DNA from: an uncultured Clostridia bacterium
GTDB lineage: Bacteria > Bacillota > Clostridia > Christensenellales > UBA1242
DNA length: 64,000 nucleotides
Direction of reading: 5' to 3'
Assembly (NCBI GenBank): GCA_934771475.1
Contig: CAKVMD010000005.1
Location: 1,328 to 65,327 of the forward strand
In this document: positions 19,419 to 27,472 of the stretch, piece after piece
Layout of the letters: each line of letters opens with the position of its first letter
Position numbering within the stretch: the stretch's first letter is position 1
Notes under the pieces: model-generated
Told to the model about the DNA's origin: nothing
Databases searched by the model: none
Seen by the model: the letters and a program-made list of their open reading frames with translations, nothing else
Position numbers and translations under genes: made by a program

Positions 19419-20899
19419 TGCTATATTTAAATAAGCACGCCCCAGCCAAGGCGAAAACAAAAGAGGTTTCCATCTCTTTTGCACAAAAGGACACTTTGGC
19501 TGACGACCCAAAAGAGGGAAAAGGTGAACTTGTTTATAATATTACGATAAACAGGGGAGCACTAAAAAGTGGACTAGGTTTTGAAAAACTTGCCTCTTCA
19601 CTTGATACAGAAGACCTTGATGATGAAGTGGTTTTGCCACTGCGAGGGACTCAGGTTAAGGCAATAGACCAACTCTGTTGGCATGACAAATCTGGTGGAA
19701 TAACCTACTATTTTGTTTTCTACTATAACAATGAAGGGTTAATTTGCTATGATGAACTTTTTGCCGAGCGCATACTTACACATATCATTCAAAACGATTT
19801 TACTGATATTCCAACCACATTCCCATATATGAGCAATGGCATCGAACACTTGGTCTTCTCTGGGAAAGGTACAACCTTACTTATAGGGAACGCTGGATAT
19901 AGAAATCTTGAAAATGTTCCGGGTATGCTTTCATGTGTAAGTCATTATGGAATGTTTTTTGGGATAAAAATTGGCACTCCACCAAAACTTATTTACTCAT
20001 CAGTTACCGACCTTACAAAGTGGGATGATACGCTGGTCAAAAACCTTGACTTTACTGACGCAAGGGGAGACCTTACAAGGCTTGTTTCGTTTAATGACTA
20101 TGTCTATATATTTAGAAACTTTGGGATAACTCAACTTTCTAAATATTCGCAGGATGAAGAATTCTCGATAAGTCATATGTATCAAGCCTGCTCTTATATA
20201 AATCCAAACACTATTTGCCAATTTAGAGACGCGGTCTATTTTGTTGAAGATTGCACTTTGAAAGTCTTTAATGGCAACAGCGTAAAGGATATAGAAGTTA
20301 AAAACTTTAAATATATGAAAGGTGTTACAAACACTGCACTTTTTGGAACGTGCTACAAGGGCAAGTACTACCTTGCTTGCAGGTGCGATTTCGGTGATGA
20401 TGAAGTCGTGGGATGCGAGGGGTATACAGCCGGCTACACAAACAATGCACTTATTTCTTACGACCTTACAACAGGTGAAGAAGAAATTTTAAGAGGGGTG
20501 GATATTAAGCAAATTATGAATTTTGTTTCACCTTTTAAGTGCAAACTTTTAGCATGTTTTAGAAATCAGCATATTGATAAAATAGGGCAACTTACTTCTG
20601 ACGGCAAACTTTTTGGTCAAGTGCTAAAAAGCAAGTTTGAAAGTACCTATACTGATTTTGGCGCAAAAAGCGCCCGTAAAACGCTTACAAAAATCACTTA
20701 TAAATGCAATGGAAAAGTTGCGTGTAAGATTATTTGTGATGGACAGGAAAAAACTTTCACACTTGAAGGTAATGGCGTCATGAAAACAAAAAGATTGTCT
20801 ATGACTGGGAGAGAATTTAAATTTGTCTTGACCGGAGACCTTTCACCAATAAATCTTGATGACTTTGTGGTAACGGCTAAAATTCGTGATGAAAATTGA
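19418..20899 (+). CDS. Hypothetical 493-aa phage-module protein (possibly a portal-proximal hub or plug, beta-rich)
   Basis: The TAATG stop/start overlap at 19416-20 couples it to the upstream gene (the ORF track uses the in-frame GTG at 19409). Its size and position parallel P22 gp10. I recognised no motif. Confidence 0.5.
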   Translation: MLYLNKHAPAKAKTKEVSISFAQKDTLADDPKEGKGELVYNITINRGALKSGLGFEKLASSLDTEDLDDEVVLPLRGTQVKAIDQLCWHDKSGGITYYFVFYYNNEGLICYDELFAERILTHIIQNDFTDIPTTFPYMSNGIEHLVFSGKGTTLLIGNAGYRNLENVPGMLSCVSHYGMFFGIKIGTPPKLIYSSVTDLTKWDDTLVKNLDFTDARGDLTRLVSFNDYVYIFRNFGITQLSKYSQDEEFSISHMYQACSYINPNTICQFRDAVYFVEDCTLKVFNGNSVKDIEVKNFKYMKGVTNTALFGTCYKGKYYLACRCDFGDDEVVGCEGYTAGYTNNALISYDLTTGEEEILRGVDIKQIMNFVSPFKCKLLACFRNQHIDKIGQLTSDGKLFGQVLKSKFESTYTDFGAKSARKTLTKITYKCNGKVACKIICDGQEKTFTLEGNGVMKTKRLSMTGREFKFVLTGDLSPINLDDFVVTAKIRDEN

Positions 20900-20988
20900 A
20901 GTTAGATATTTCGTCCGTTTAGTAAGAGCGAGAGAAAAAGAAAGACTTTTTCAAAAGTTTGAATCGTTCTTGCCAAAAGGAGAAATAA

Positions 20989-21216
20989 ATGAATTTTTGG
21001 AATGAACTTGTTAAAATCGTCATAAGCAACGGTGTTTTTGCGACACTCTTTGTTTTCTTGTTTTTCTATCAACTTAAAGATTCTACGCGTAGGGAAAAGG
21101 AGTATCGCACAACGATAGACAACCTTATGAAGCATCTTAAAATTATTGATGAAGTTAGGGCGGAAGTAAGCGACCTGAAAGATTTAGTTTTGGAGAAGCA
21201 AAATGAAAAGGTTTAA
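20989..21216 (+). CDS. BhlA/UviB-family holin-like protein
   Basis: 75 aa with a single N-terminal TM (GVFATLFVFLFFYQLKDSTRREKEY) followed by a coiled-coil tail, the classic BhlA/UviB layout. RBS is aaaaggag. Confidence 0.7.
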   Translation: MNFWNELVKIVISNGVFATLFVFLFFYQLKDSTRREKEYRTTIDNLMKHLKIIDEVRAEVSDLKDLVLEKQNEKV

Positions 21217-21517
21217 AAATTATGGATTTTGGACTGCTCTTTCTGGCGCTCTCGTGCTATTTCTTACAACTTTGGGTGAAGCCTTTGGGTTTTCAATCCA
21301 TCAAGAAACGGTTTCAAATCTTGTTATGGCACTAGCCGAACTTCTTGTAGTTTTTGGGATTGTTGTAATGCCAAAAAATAAAGAGGACAGTTCGACAGGA
21401 GAAAATAAAGGTGGCGATGATGCTACTAGCGAAGACAAACAAGAAGATGACGGAAAAGTGGAAGAAAAAGAAGAGTCGCAAGGCGAAAAGCCAAATGACG
21501 AAAACGAAAAAGAGTAG
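21203..21517 (+). CDS. Phage holin (two TM, SPP1/phi-LC3-like) with an acidic C-terminal tail
   Basis: The sequence MKRFKNYGFWTALSGALVLFLTTLGEAFGFSI....VSNLVMALAELLVVFGIVVMPKNK shows a two-TM holin topology. Confidence 0.65.
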   Translation: MKRFKNYGFWTALSGALVLFLTTLGEAFGFSIHQETVSNLVMALAELLVVFGIVVMPKNKEDSSTGENKGGDDATSEDKQEDDGKVEEKEESQGEKPNDENEKE

Positions 21518-21531
21518 TCTTTTCACAACTT

Positions 21532-21566
21532 AAAAAAGTCGGCATATTTTGTGCCGACTTTTTTGT
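21532..21566. terminator. Strong intrinsic terminator closing the phage-head operon
   Basis: 13-bp stem aaaaaagtcggca/tgccgactttttt with loop tattttg, plus a T-run. The flanking A-run makes it bidirectional. Confidence 0.85.
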
Positions 21567-21616
21567 TTAATTTAAGATAAGAAAACTCAAAATTAATTCT
21601 AGCCTAGTATAATGCG

Positions 21617-21752
21617 GGGGAAGGACTTGTCAAGCAAATTGCGCGGGTTTTTAAAAACTCGCGCAAAAAATCCCCAAAGGGGATAAGCACCTGAGCGCGA
21701 ACGCATGGCGCGCAAGGTTTATGCTTGACAAGGCGCCCCACCATATTTTTTC
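21617..21752 (+). ncRNA. Candidate structured ncRNA of unknown family (closing helix plus three hairpins)
   Basis: This is a GC-rich island in AT-rich intergenic DNA. An 11-bp perfect closing helix (21626-21636 / 21722-21732) is extended by GGGG/CCCC. Hairpins lie at 21641-21664, 21671-21683 and 21689-21718. TATAAT at 21608-21613 lies upstream and a T6 run at 21746-21751 downstream. Confidence 0.4.
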
Positions 21753-21918
21753 AAAAAAACAACTTTCACTAAAATCCGAGTTGTTGCCACAAAAATTTCA
21801 AACGACAAATCGCATTAAATATCGCGTTACACCCCGAATTTAACACTATTTTTCAAAAAAAGTTAAAAATAATGTCATATTTCTTTAATTATTTAATCAA
21901 ATTTGTTAAAATAGCAAT

Positions 21919-24009
21919 ATGAAAAAAGTCGTAAATTATCGTCCACTATTTTTTATCTTTGTTTTTCTTCTTTGCGGAATTGTTATGGCGAGGAAAGTTT
22001 TTGACAAAGATTTTCTTGTTATTGCATTTTTAGCACTGACGATGATAGCGATTATATTATGGTTGAGCCTTGCCAAAAAATTCAAAATATTGTGTCTTAT
22101 TCTATCGGCTTTCATTCTTGGAGGAGGGCTTTTCTTTGCGGGAAAAGCGTGCTACAAAATAAACGAATATTCTGAGCAAGTGGCTGTTGTTGGAAGAGTA
22201 ACCGATTCTATAAAAGAGGGAGAACACTATTACAGAGTTTTGTTAGACGACGTTGTCATCGAAGGCAAAAGCGACAAAAATATTTCTTTATACATAAGCG
22301 TTCGCGATGGCAAAAAGATAAAGGCTGGCGATAAAATTGTATTTGAAACGAAGCTAGAAAGTATTTCGCTGTGGACACTCAAAAATTTCAACTCATATTA
22401 TTATCGAAATAACATTGGATATGTTGCGTCAATTAATTCAAGTTCTATGGTTGTGGTAGAGGGTGGTTTAAAATTCGATGAGACCATAAGGCAAACTGTC
22501 AAAAAGAGACTTGAAGACAATCTTTCAGAGGGAAACGCGGGACTATGCTATGCGCTTTTGTTTGGAGATAAAATAGAAATCTCAAACGACACTTTATTAA
22601 ACTATAAAAATGCTGGAATAATTCATATTTTGGCGGTCAGTGGACTGCATGTAAGTTTCCTTTTGGGGTTACTCCTAGGGCTTATGAAATTATGCAAAGT
22701 TAATAAGTATGTAAGTTTTGTTTTAACCACAATTTTTATCATATTGTTTGCATACCTTTGTTCATTTACTCCTTCGGTTGTAAGAGCGGGGCTTATGGGG
22801 ATATTCTTTATGCTATCCCGTCTTATGGGCAGAAGATATGACACGCTTTCTTCGCTTGGACTTGCGGGAATTATCATTTTGTTATTTAGTCCGCTGACTG
22901 CTTTTGATATTGGCTTTTTGATGAGTGTATTTTGTGTTCTTGGCATAAGTTTGCTTTCAAAACTTTTCACAAAGGTGTTTGTAAAAGCCATGCCTTATCC
23001 GGTTGCGTCAGCCCTTTCAGTTTCCCTTGCAAGTCAAATAATCACATTGCCTTTTACTGCTTATTTCGGCGGAAAATTTAACTTTCTTTCGCCTTTTGTA
23101 AACTTGATAATTGTGCCTTTCTTTGGCTTGCTGTTCCCTTACCTTGTGGTGGCATGCTTTATCAGCGCCATTTTACCTTTTATGGGCTTTATCCTTGCGC
23201 CTGCGGGGTGGGGATTTAGCGGGGTTACTTATGTTGTAAGATTTTTTGGCAACACCAGTTTATATTTGCCGATAGAAAAAGTGCACGTAACTGTGATGAT
23301 AGTATTTTTTGTGCTTATCTTTGTGTTTAGTAAGTTTGTTCTTTTGCCTATCAAGCAAAAATCGGCTGTTATCGGAACACTTGCCATCCTACTTTCTGTT
23401 TGTGGGCTTTTAAGTCCGCTCACCGTAAAAAGTGATTTAAAATCAGCGGTTCAACTTTGCTCAAATTCAAGTCCATGCTATATTCTTACCTCATCTAGCG
23501 GAGAAAGAATGCTGGTTGGATACAATAGCTTAGTTGAAAATTACGCGAGAGAATATAACGCGAAAAAACTTGACTACTTCTTGTCTTTTGAGCCAATAAA
23601 TGAAGAAGATACTCTTGCTCTTGCCTCATTTGGGACAGGACTTTTTGTGGCGTGCAGTGGAGATAATTCTTGTGAAAATACAATGTATTCGTCCGCGGGT
23701 GAGTGCGGTGATTTTTGGTATGAATTTTTAAAAAGTGAAAATAAAATTCTTGGCGTGGGAGTTAAGTTTGGGGAAACAAAAGTTTTTATTGCAACTGAGG
23801 CGAGCGCGCGGTATAATCAAAAATATGAAGAGTACTTCGCCGAATTTAATCCGAGCGTGATATTTGTAGGTGATAATGATGAAATCGGTCATGACTATGT
23901 AACCATTTCGGTAAACAAAAATGGACAGTCTTGGACGAGTTACGAAGAAAGCGGAAATATGAAATTTACTTTTGAAAATATATTTGTTTACAAGGAGGCA
24001 TTAGATTGA
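21919..24009 (+). CDS. comEC: ComEC/Rec2-family DNA internalization channel protein with a degenerate C-terminal domain
   Basis: 696 aa with an N-terminal OB-like region and a polytopic competence domain (GIIHILAVSGLHVSFLLG). The C-terminal ~190 aa lack an HxHxDH motif. Confidence 0.8.
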   Translation: MKKVVNYRPLFFIFVFLLCGIVMARKVFDKDFLVIAFLALTMIAIILWLSLAKKFKILCLILSAFILGGGLFFAGKACYKINEYSEQVAVVGRVTDSIKEGEHYYRVLLDDVVIEGKSDKNISLYISVRDGKKIKAGDKIVFETKLESISLWTLKNFNSYYYRNNIGYVASINSSSMVVVEGGLKFDETIRQTVKKRLEDNLSEGNAGLCYALLFGDKIEISNDTLLNYKNAGIIHILAVSGLHVSFLLGLLLGLMKLCKVNKYVSFVLTTIFIILFAYLCSFTPSVVRAGLMGIFFMLSRLMGRRYDTLSSLGLAGIIILLFSPLTAFDIGFLMSVFCVLGISLLSKLFTKVFVKAMPYPVASALSVSLASQIITLPFTAYFGGKFNFLSPFVNLIIVPFFGLLFPYLVVACFISAILPFMGFILAPAGWGFSGVTYVVRFFGNTSLYLPIEKVHVTVMIVFFVLIFVFSKFVLLPIKQKSAVIGTLAILLSVCGLLSPLTVKSDLKSAVQLCSNSSPCYILTSSSGERMLVGYNSLVENYAREYNAKKLDYFLSFEPINEEDTLALASFGTGLFVACSGDNSCENTMYSSAGECGDFWYEFLKSENKILGVGVKFGETKVFIATEASARYNQKYEEYFAEFNPSVIFVGDNDEIGHDYVTISVNKNGQSWTSYEESGNMKFTFENIFVYKEALD

Positions 24010-24947
24010 AAACATTAAAACAAAGGCTTAAAGAGGGGCTAAAAAATTGTTATATTATGAGTGGTGATGACTACTATCTTTATGATAGGGCGTATGAGAT
24101 GATAAAAAAGGTGGCGAGCATTGAACTTGAAGACTTTAACCTTGTCAAGTTTGATGATGAAAATTTTACAATGAAAGCGCTTCTTGACTCGTGTGAGGTT
24201 ATGCCGATTGGTAGCGACAAACGCCTTATTCTTGTAAAAAATATCGTTAAAATCACCGAAAATGACAAAAAACTTTTAGAAGATTATTTGGAAAGCCCAG
24301 TTGAAAGCACTATTATTGTGATTTTTGATTATTTTGACAAGTTTTCGTCAATCAAGAATTGTGAAAGGGTAGATTGCAAGCGCTTTGATAATAAAACTGC
24401 TCTTGCTGTTATTGCAAGTGAACTTGAAAAGAGGGGCAAACAGATTTCTACTGAGGCGGGGCAAACGCTGTTTGATTACTGCAATGGCTACCTTACAAGG
24501 GTGAACTGCGAACTTGACAAACTTGCCTATTATGATATTACAAGCCCTCTTATTACAAAGAAAATGGTTGAGGACCTAGCCAGCAAAGATACCGATTATG
24601 TGGTTTTTGAACTTACAGAGGCACTCGGTCAAAAAAATGGGGATAAAGCACTCAAAATTCTCGAAAAAATGATTAAAGAGCCGGGGATTTTAGGGCTTAT
24701 CACAAACCATTTTAGAAGACTGTTTTTTATCTCTATAAGCGACATGACAGACAATGCGCTTTCAGGGCTTTTAGGCGTCAAGGAGTATGCAATAAGAAAA
24801 CAGCGCGAACAGGTAAAAAATTTTTCTAAACTTCAACTTAAAAAGATATACGCTCTTTTGGAAGAAGTGGACTATAAGATTAAAAGCGGAGAAATGCTTG
24901 CTGACACTGCGTTAAACTATCTTGCTCTTTCTATTTTATACATTTAA
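24006..24947 (+). CDS. holA: DNA polymerase III delta subunit
   Basis: 313 aa, in the conserved comEC-holA synteny. The N-terminal pattern Y...G.D.YL is present. The TTG start overlaps the comEC stop. Confidence 0.75.
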   Translation: MKTLKQRLKEGLKNCYIMSGDDYYLYDRAYEMIKKVASIELEDFNLVKFDDENFTMKALLDSCEVMPIGSDKRLILVKNIVKITENDKKLLEDYLESPVESTIIVIFDYFDKFSSIKNCERVDCKRFDNKTALAVIASELEKRGKQISTEAGQTLFDYCNGYLTRVNCELDKLAYYDITSPLITKKMVEDLASKDTDYVVFELTEALGQKNGDKALKILEKMIKEPGILGLITNHFRRLFFISISDMTDNALSGLLGVKEYAIRKQREQVKNFSKLQLKKIYALLEEVDYKIKSGEMLADTALNYLALSILYI

Positions 24948-25035
24948 AATGGCTTAAAAGTCGTGTAAATGCTTTATAAAAAGACTTGCAAAAGCGGGGC
25001 AAAGTGTGGTAAGATTAATTTAGGAGAAAATAACT

Positions 25036-26349
25036 ATGTATAAACCCGTGGTGGCGGTGGTTGGTCGTCCAAATGTGGGGAAAAGCACATTTTTTAATAA
25101 AATTTGTGGAAAGCGAATCTCGATTGTAGATGACACCCCGGGGGTAACAAGAGATAGGATTTATGCCGATGCCGAATGGTGTGGGCATACTTTTACTTTG
25201 GTTGATACCGGTGGGCTTGACTCACAAAGTGATGATATTTTTCAAAAAGATATTGCCCAGCAAGCAAAAATTGCTATCCATGAGGCAGATGTAATCGTAT
25301 TTTTGGTGGATGGTAGAGTTGGGGTAACCCCAAACGATGAAGAGGTTGCATCTATATTGCAACGCTCAAAAACTCCTGTTGTGCTGGTTGTAAACAAACT
25401 TGACAATTTTGATGCAGAAAAGACTTATGAATTTTATTCTCTTGGGCTTGGCGACCCAATGCCTTTGTCGGTCATGCAAAGTAAAGGGCTGGGGGATGTG
25501 CTTGACGAAATTGTCAAACATTTTAAGGAAAGAAAACTTTCCGAAGAGGAAGAAAAACTCACCAAAATTGCACTTGTCGGGCGTCCAAATGTTGGCAAAA
25601 GTAGCCTTGTAAATAGACTTATTGGCCAGACGCGGGTTGTTGTAAGCGACCAAGAAGGCACAACAAGAGACAGCGTTTTAGTTCCATTTAGATATAATAA
25701 AAAAGATTACGCACTGGTTGACACTGCGGGACTTCGCCGTCAAAGGTCGGTGGAAAAGGTTTCAATCGAAGGATATTCGGTTTTAAGAACGATGTCGGCT
25801 ATTGACGAGGCTGATGTTGTGGCAATCGTAGTTGACGGAAGCAGTGAAATAATAAGCGAACAAGATGTCCGCATTGCAGGATATGTTCATGAGGCGGGAA
25901 AACCAAGCGTAATAGTAGTAAATAAGTGGGATATTAAATCTCGTAGCAAGGAAAACTTTATGGCTCTTTTAAATGAAGCGCTTTCATTTATGAGTTATTT
26001 TAAAGTGATTTTCGTTTCCGCTCTCACAGGCGCAAGCACTGGGCAAATTATGCAAATGCTTGAAGAAAGTTATACAAATTCTTCAAAGCGCATCACAACA
26101 GGGCTCTTAAATGACCTACTCCATGACGCAATTCTTGGACATGAACCTCCAAGCCATAACGGAGCACGCGTAAAAATCAAATATATTACACAGGCGTCCT
26201 CTAACCCTCCAACTTTTGTGCTTTTTGTAAATGACGCAAAACTTATTAATTTCTCATACAAAAGATACCTTGAAAATAAACTTCGTGAGAGAGTAGACTT
26301 CACTGGCACGCCTATTAGACTAAACATTAAGGGAAAGGGGGACGAGTAA
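25036..26349 (+). CDS. der: Ribosome biogenesis GTPase Der (EngA)
   Basis: Two tandem GTPase domains (GRPNVGKST at residues 10 and 183; DTGG/DTAG; NKLD/NKWD) plus a KH-like C-terminus. Confidence 0.95.
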   Translation: MYKPVVAVVGRPNVGKSTFFNKICGKRISIVDDTPGVTRDRIYADAEWCGHTFTLVDTGGLDSQSDDIFQKDIAQQAKIAIHEADVIVFLVDGRVGVTPNDEEVASILQRSKTPVVLVVNKLDNFDAEKTYEFYSLGLGDPMPLSVMQSKGLGDVLDEIVKHFKERKLSEEEEKLTKIALVGRPNVGKSSLVNRLIGQTRVVVSDQEGTTRDSVLVPFRYNKKDYALVDTAGLRRQRSVEKVSIEGYSVLRTMSAIDEADVVAIVVDGSSEIISEQDVRIAGYVHEAGKPSVIVVNKWDIKSRSKENFMALLNEALSFMSYFKVIFVSALTGASTGQIMQMLEESYTNSSKRITTGLLNDLLHDAILGHEPPSHNGARVKIKYITQASSNPPTFVLFVNDAKLINFSYKRYLENKLRERVDFTGTPIRLNIKGKGDE

Positions 26350-26350
26350 T

Positions 26351-27151
26351 ATGGTTTATTTATATTTTACCCTCATTGCAATAGCAAGTTACTTAATCGG
26401 AACGATAAACTTTTCCAAAATCATCGCTTGGAACGCTAGACGCAAGGATATAACCCAAATTGGTTCGCACAACCCCGGCACTATGAATATGCTTCGCTCT
26501 TTTGGGTTCGGTCTCGCGTTTACCACTTTCGTGGCTGAAATCGTAAAGTCTGGGCTTGTGTGCCTTGCAGTAAAACTTATCTTGCCATCTTATGGTGATT
26601 TGGTTTATTTCTTTGCAGGATTTTTCCTTATGCTTGGGAATGGCTTCCCTGTATGGTCAAAATTTAAAGGTGGCAAGTGCGTGGCTTGCCTTGCGGGAAT
26701 TTTCCTATTTTCTAGTATTTGGTATGCCTCACTTGGCTGGTTTGTGGTTTGCTTTATTCTCCTCATCTTTGTAGATATCGGAAGCGTGATTTCTTTCTCT
26801 TATATTGGTGGGCTTGCAATTTCTTACACAGTGTTTGCTTGGGTTCAACATATCCCTTATGCTTGGGCAGTAACCGCGCTCATCTGGGTTATGTATGCAA
26901 TCATGCTTGCAAAACATCATGCAAATATTGGCAGACTTTTCAAAGGCAAAGAAAACCATGTTGGTTTCAAAGATAAACTCAAATCTTTCTTCTCTAAAAA
27001 GAAGGGAAATGAAGAAGAGGTTGTTACGGAAGAAGGACAATCTTTGCCTGAAAATGAAATTGTTATTGACGACTCTGTTGACGCAAAAGAAGACGGTGAA
27101 ACAGCGCTGAATGATGATACGCCAAAAGATGAAAATAACGAAGAAAAATAG
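26351..27151 (+). CDS. plsY: Glycerol-3-phosphate acyltransferase PlsY with an acidic ~65-aa C-terminal extension
   Basis: Contains GSHNPG(T)MN and the FKGGK motif with a multi-TM core. The der-plsY synteny is conserved. Confidence 0.85.
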   Translation: MVYLYFTLIAIASYLIGTINFSKIIAWNARRKDITQIGSHNPGTMNMLRSFGFGLAFTTFVAEIVKSGLVCLAVKLILPSYGDLVYFFAGFFLMLGNGFPVWSKFKGGKCVACLAGIFLFSSIWYASLGWFVVCFILLIFVDIGSVISFSYIGGLAISYTVFAWVQHIPYAWAVTALIWVMYAIMLAKHHANIGRLFKGKENHVGFKDKLKSFFSKKKGNEEEVVTEEGQSLPENEIVIDDSVDAKEDGETALNDDTPKDENNEEK

Positions 27152-27224
27152 AAGAAACTTATAAATTTATTAAGATTTTACTAAAATTTATCAAAATTTA
27201 TTAAAAAATATTAGATTTTTTATA

Positions 27225-27258
27225 AAAACCTTTCCCTAATTTGTGGAAAGGTTTTTTG
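27225..27258 (+). terminator. Intrinsic terminator after plsY
   Basis: Stem aaaacctttcc/ggaaaggtttt (27225-27235 / 27245-27255) followed by a T-run. Confidence 0.75.
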
Positions 27259-27424
27259 TTGTGATAGATTGCGGGACAAAATAAATGTTTTGTGTCGGGG
27301 CAAAATTGGTAAATTTATTTAATGTCCTTTATTCTATAAAATGCGTAAATAATGCAAGTGTTTTTAAAGTTTCGGGTGAAAAATATAGGTGCGTAATTTA
27401 TTTTAATATCTGCCTTTTATGGTG

Positions 27425-27453
27425 GCATAAAATAGGTTTTGCGGGCATAGATT
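27425..27453 (+). promoter_or_regulatory. Possible sigma-E type promoter for spoIVA
   Basis: gCATAaa (27425-31), a 14-nt spacer, then CATAgAtT (27446-53), compared with the B. subtilis sigma-E consensus KMATAWW-N14-CATACAMT. It lies 20 nt upstream of the spoIVA ATG. The match was made by eye. Confidence 0.35.
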
Positions 27454-27472
27454 ATGGTGTATCGGAGGATTT

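Larger units (their letters stand above)
14177..21517 (+). mobile_element. Phage-derived head-morphogenesis operon of ten genes, with no terminase large subunit, tail, lysin, integrase or repressor
   Basis: The ORFs are co-directional and tightly packed or overlapping. A TATAAT box at 14145-14150 lies upstream and a strong terminator at 21532-21566 lies downstream. Housekeeping genes flank both sides. Confidence 0.7.

Noticed and set aside
21617-21752. Structured element considered as a retron msr/msd, SRP RNA, 6S RNA, phi29-type pRNA or riboswitch
   Set aside because: No reverse transcriptase gene is adjacent, which argues against a retron. No GGAA/AGCA domain-IV-type SRP motif is visible. 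It is too short and too branched for 6S RNA. No ligand-riboswitch consensus that I know matches, and the T-run is separated from the closing helix. I kept it only as an unknown-family ncRNA candidate.
27222-27240. The 17-mer ataaaa(a)cctttccctaa recurs at 45791-45809
   Set aside because: There are only two copies. The first is simply the 5' arm of the plsY terminator, and the second lacks the complementary arm. Chance recurrence in AT-rich DNA is likely.
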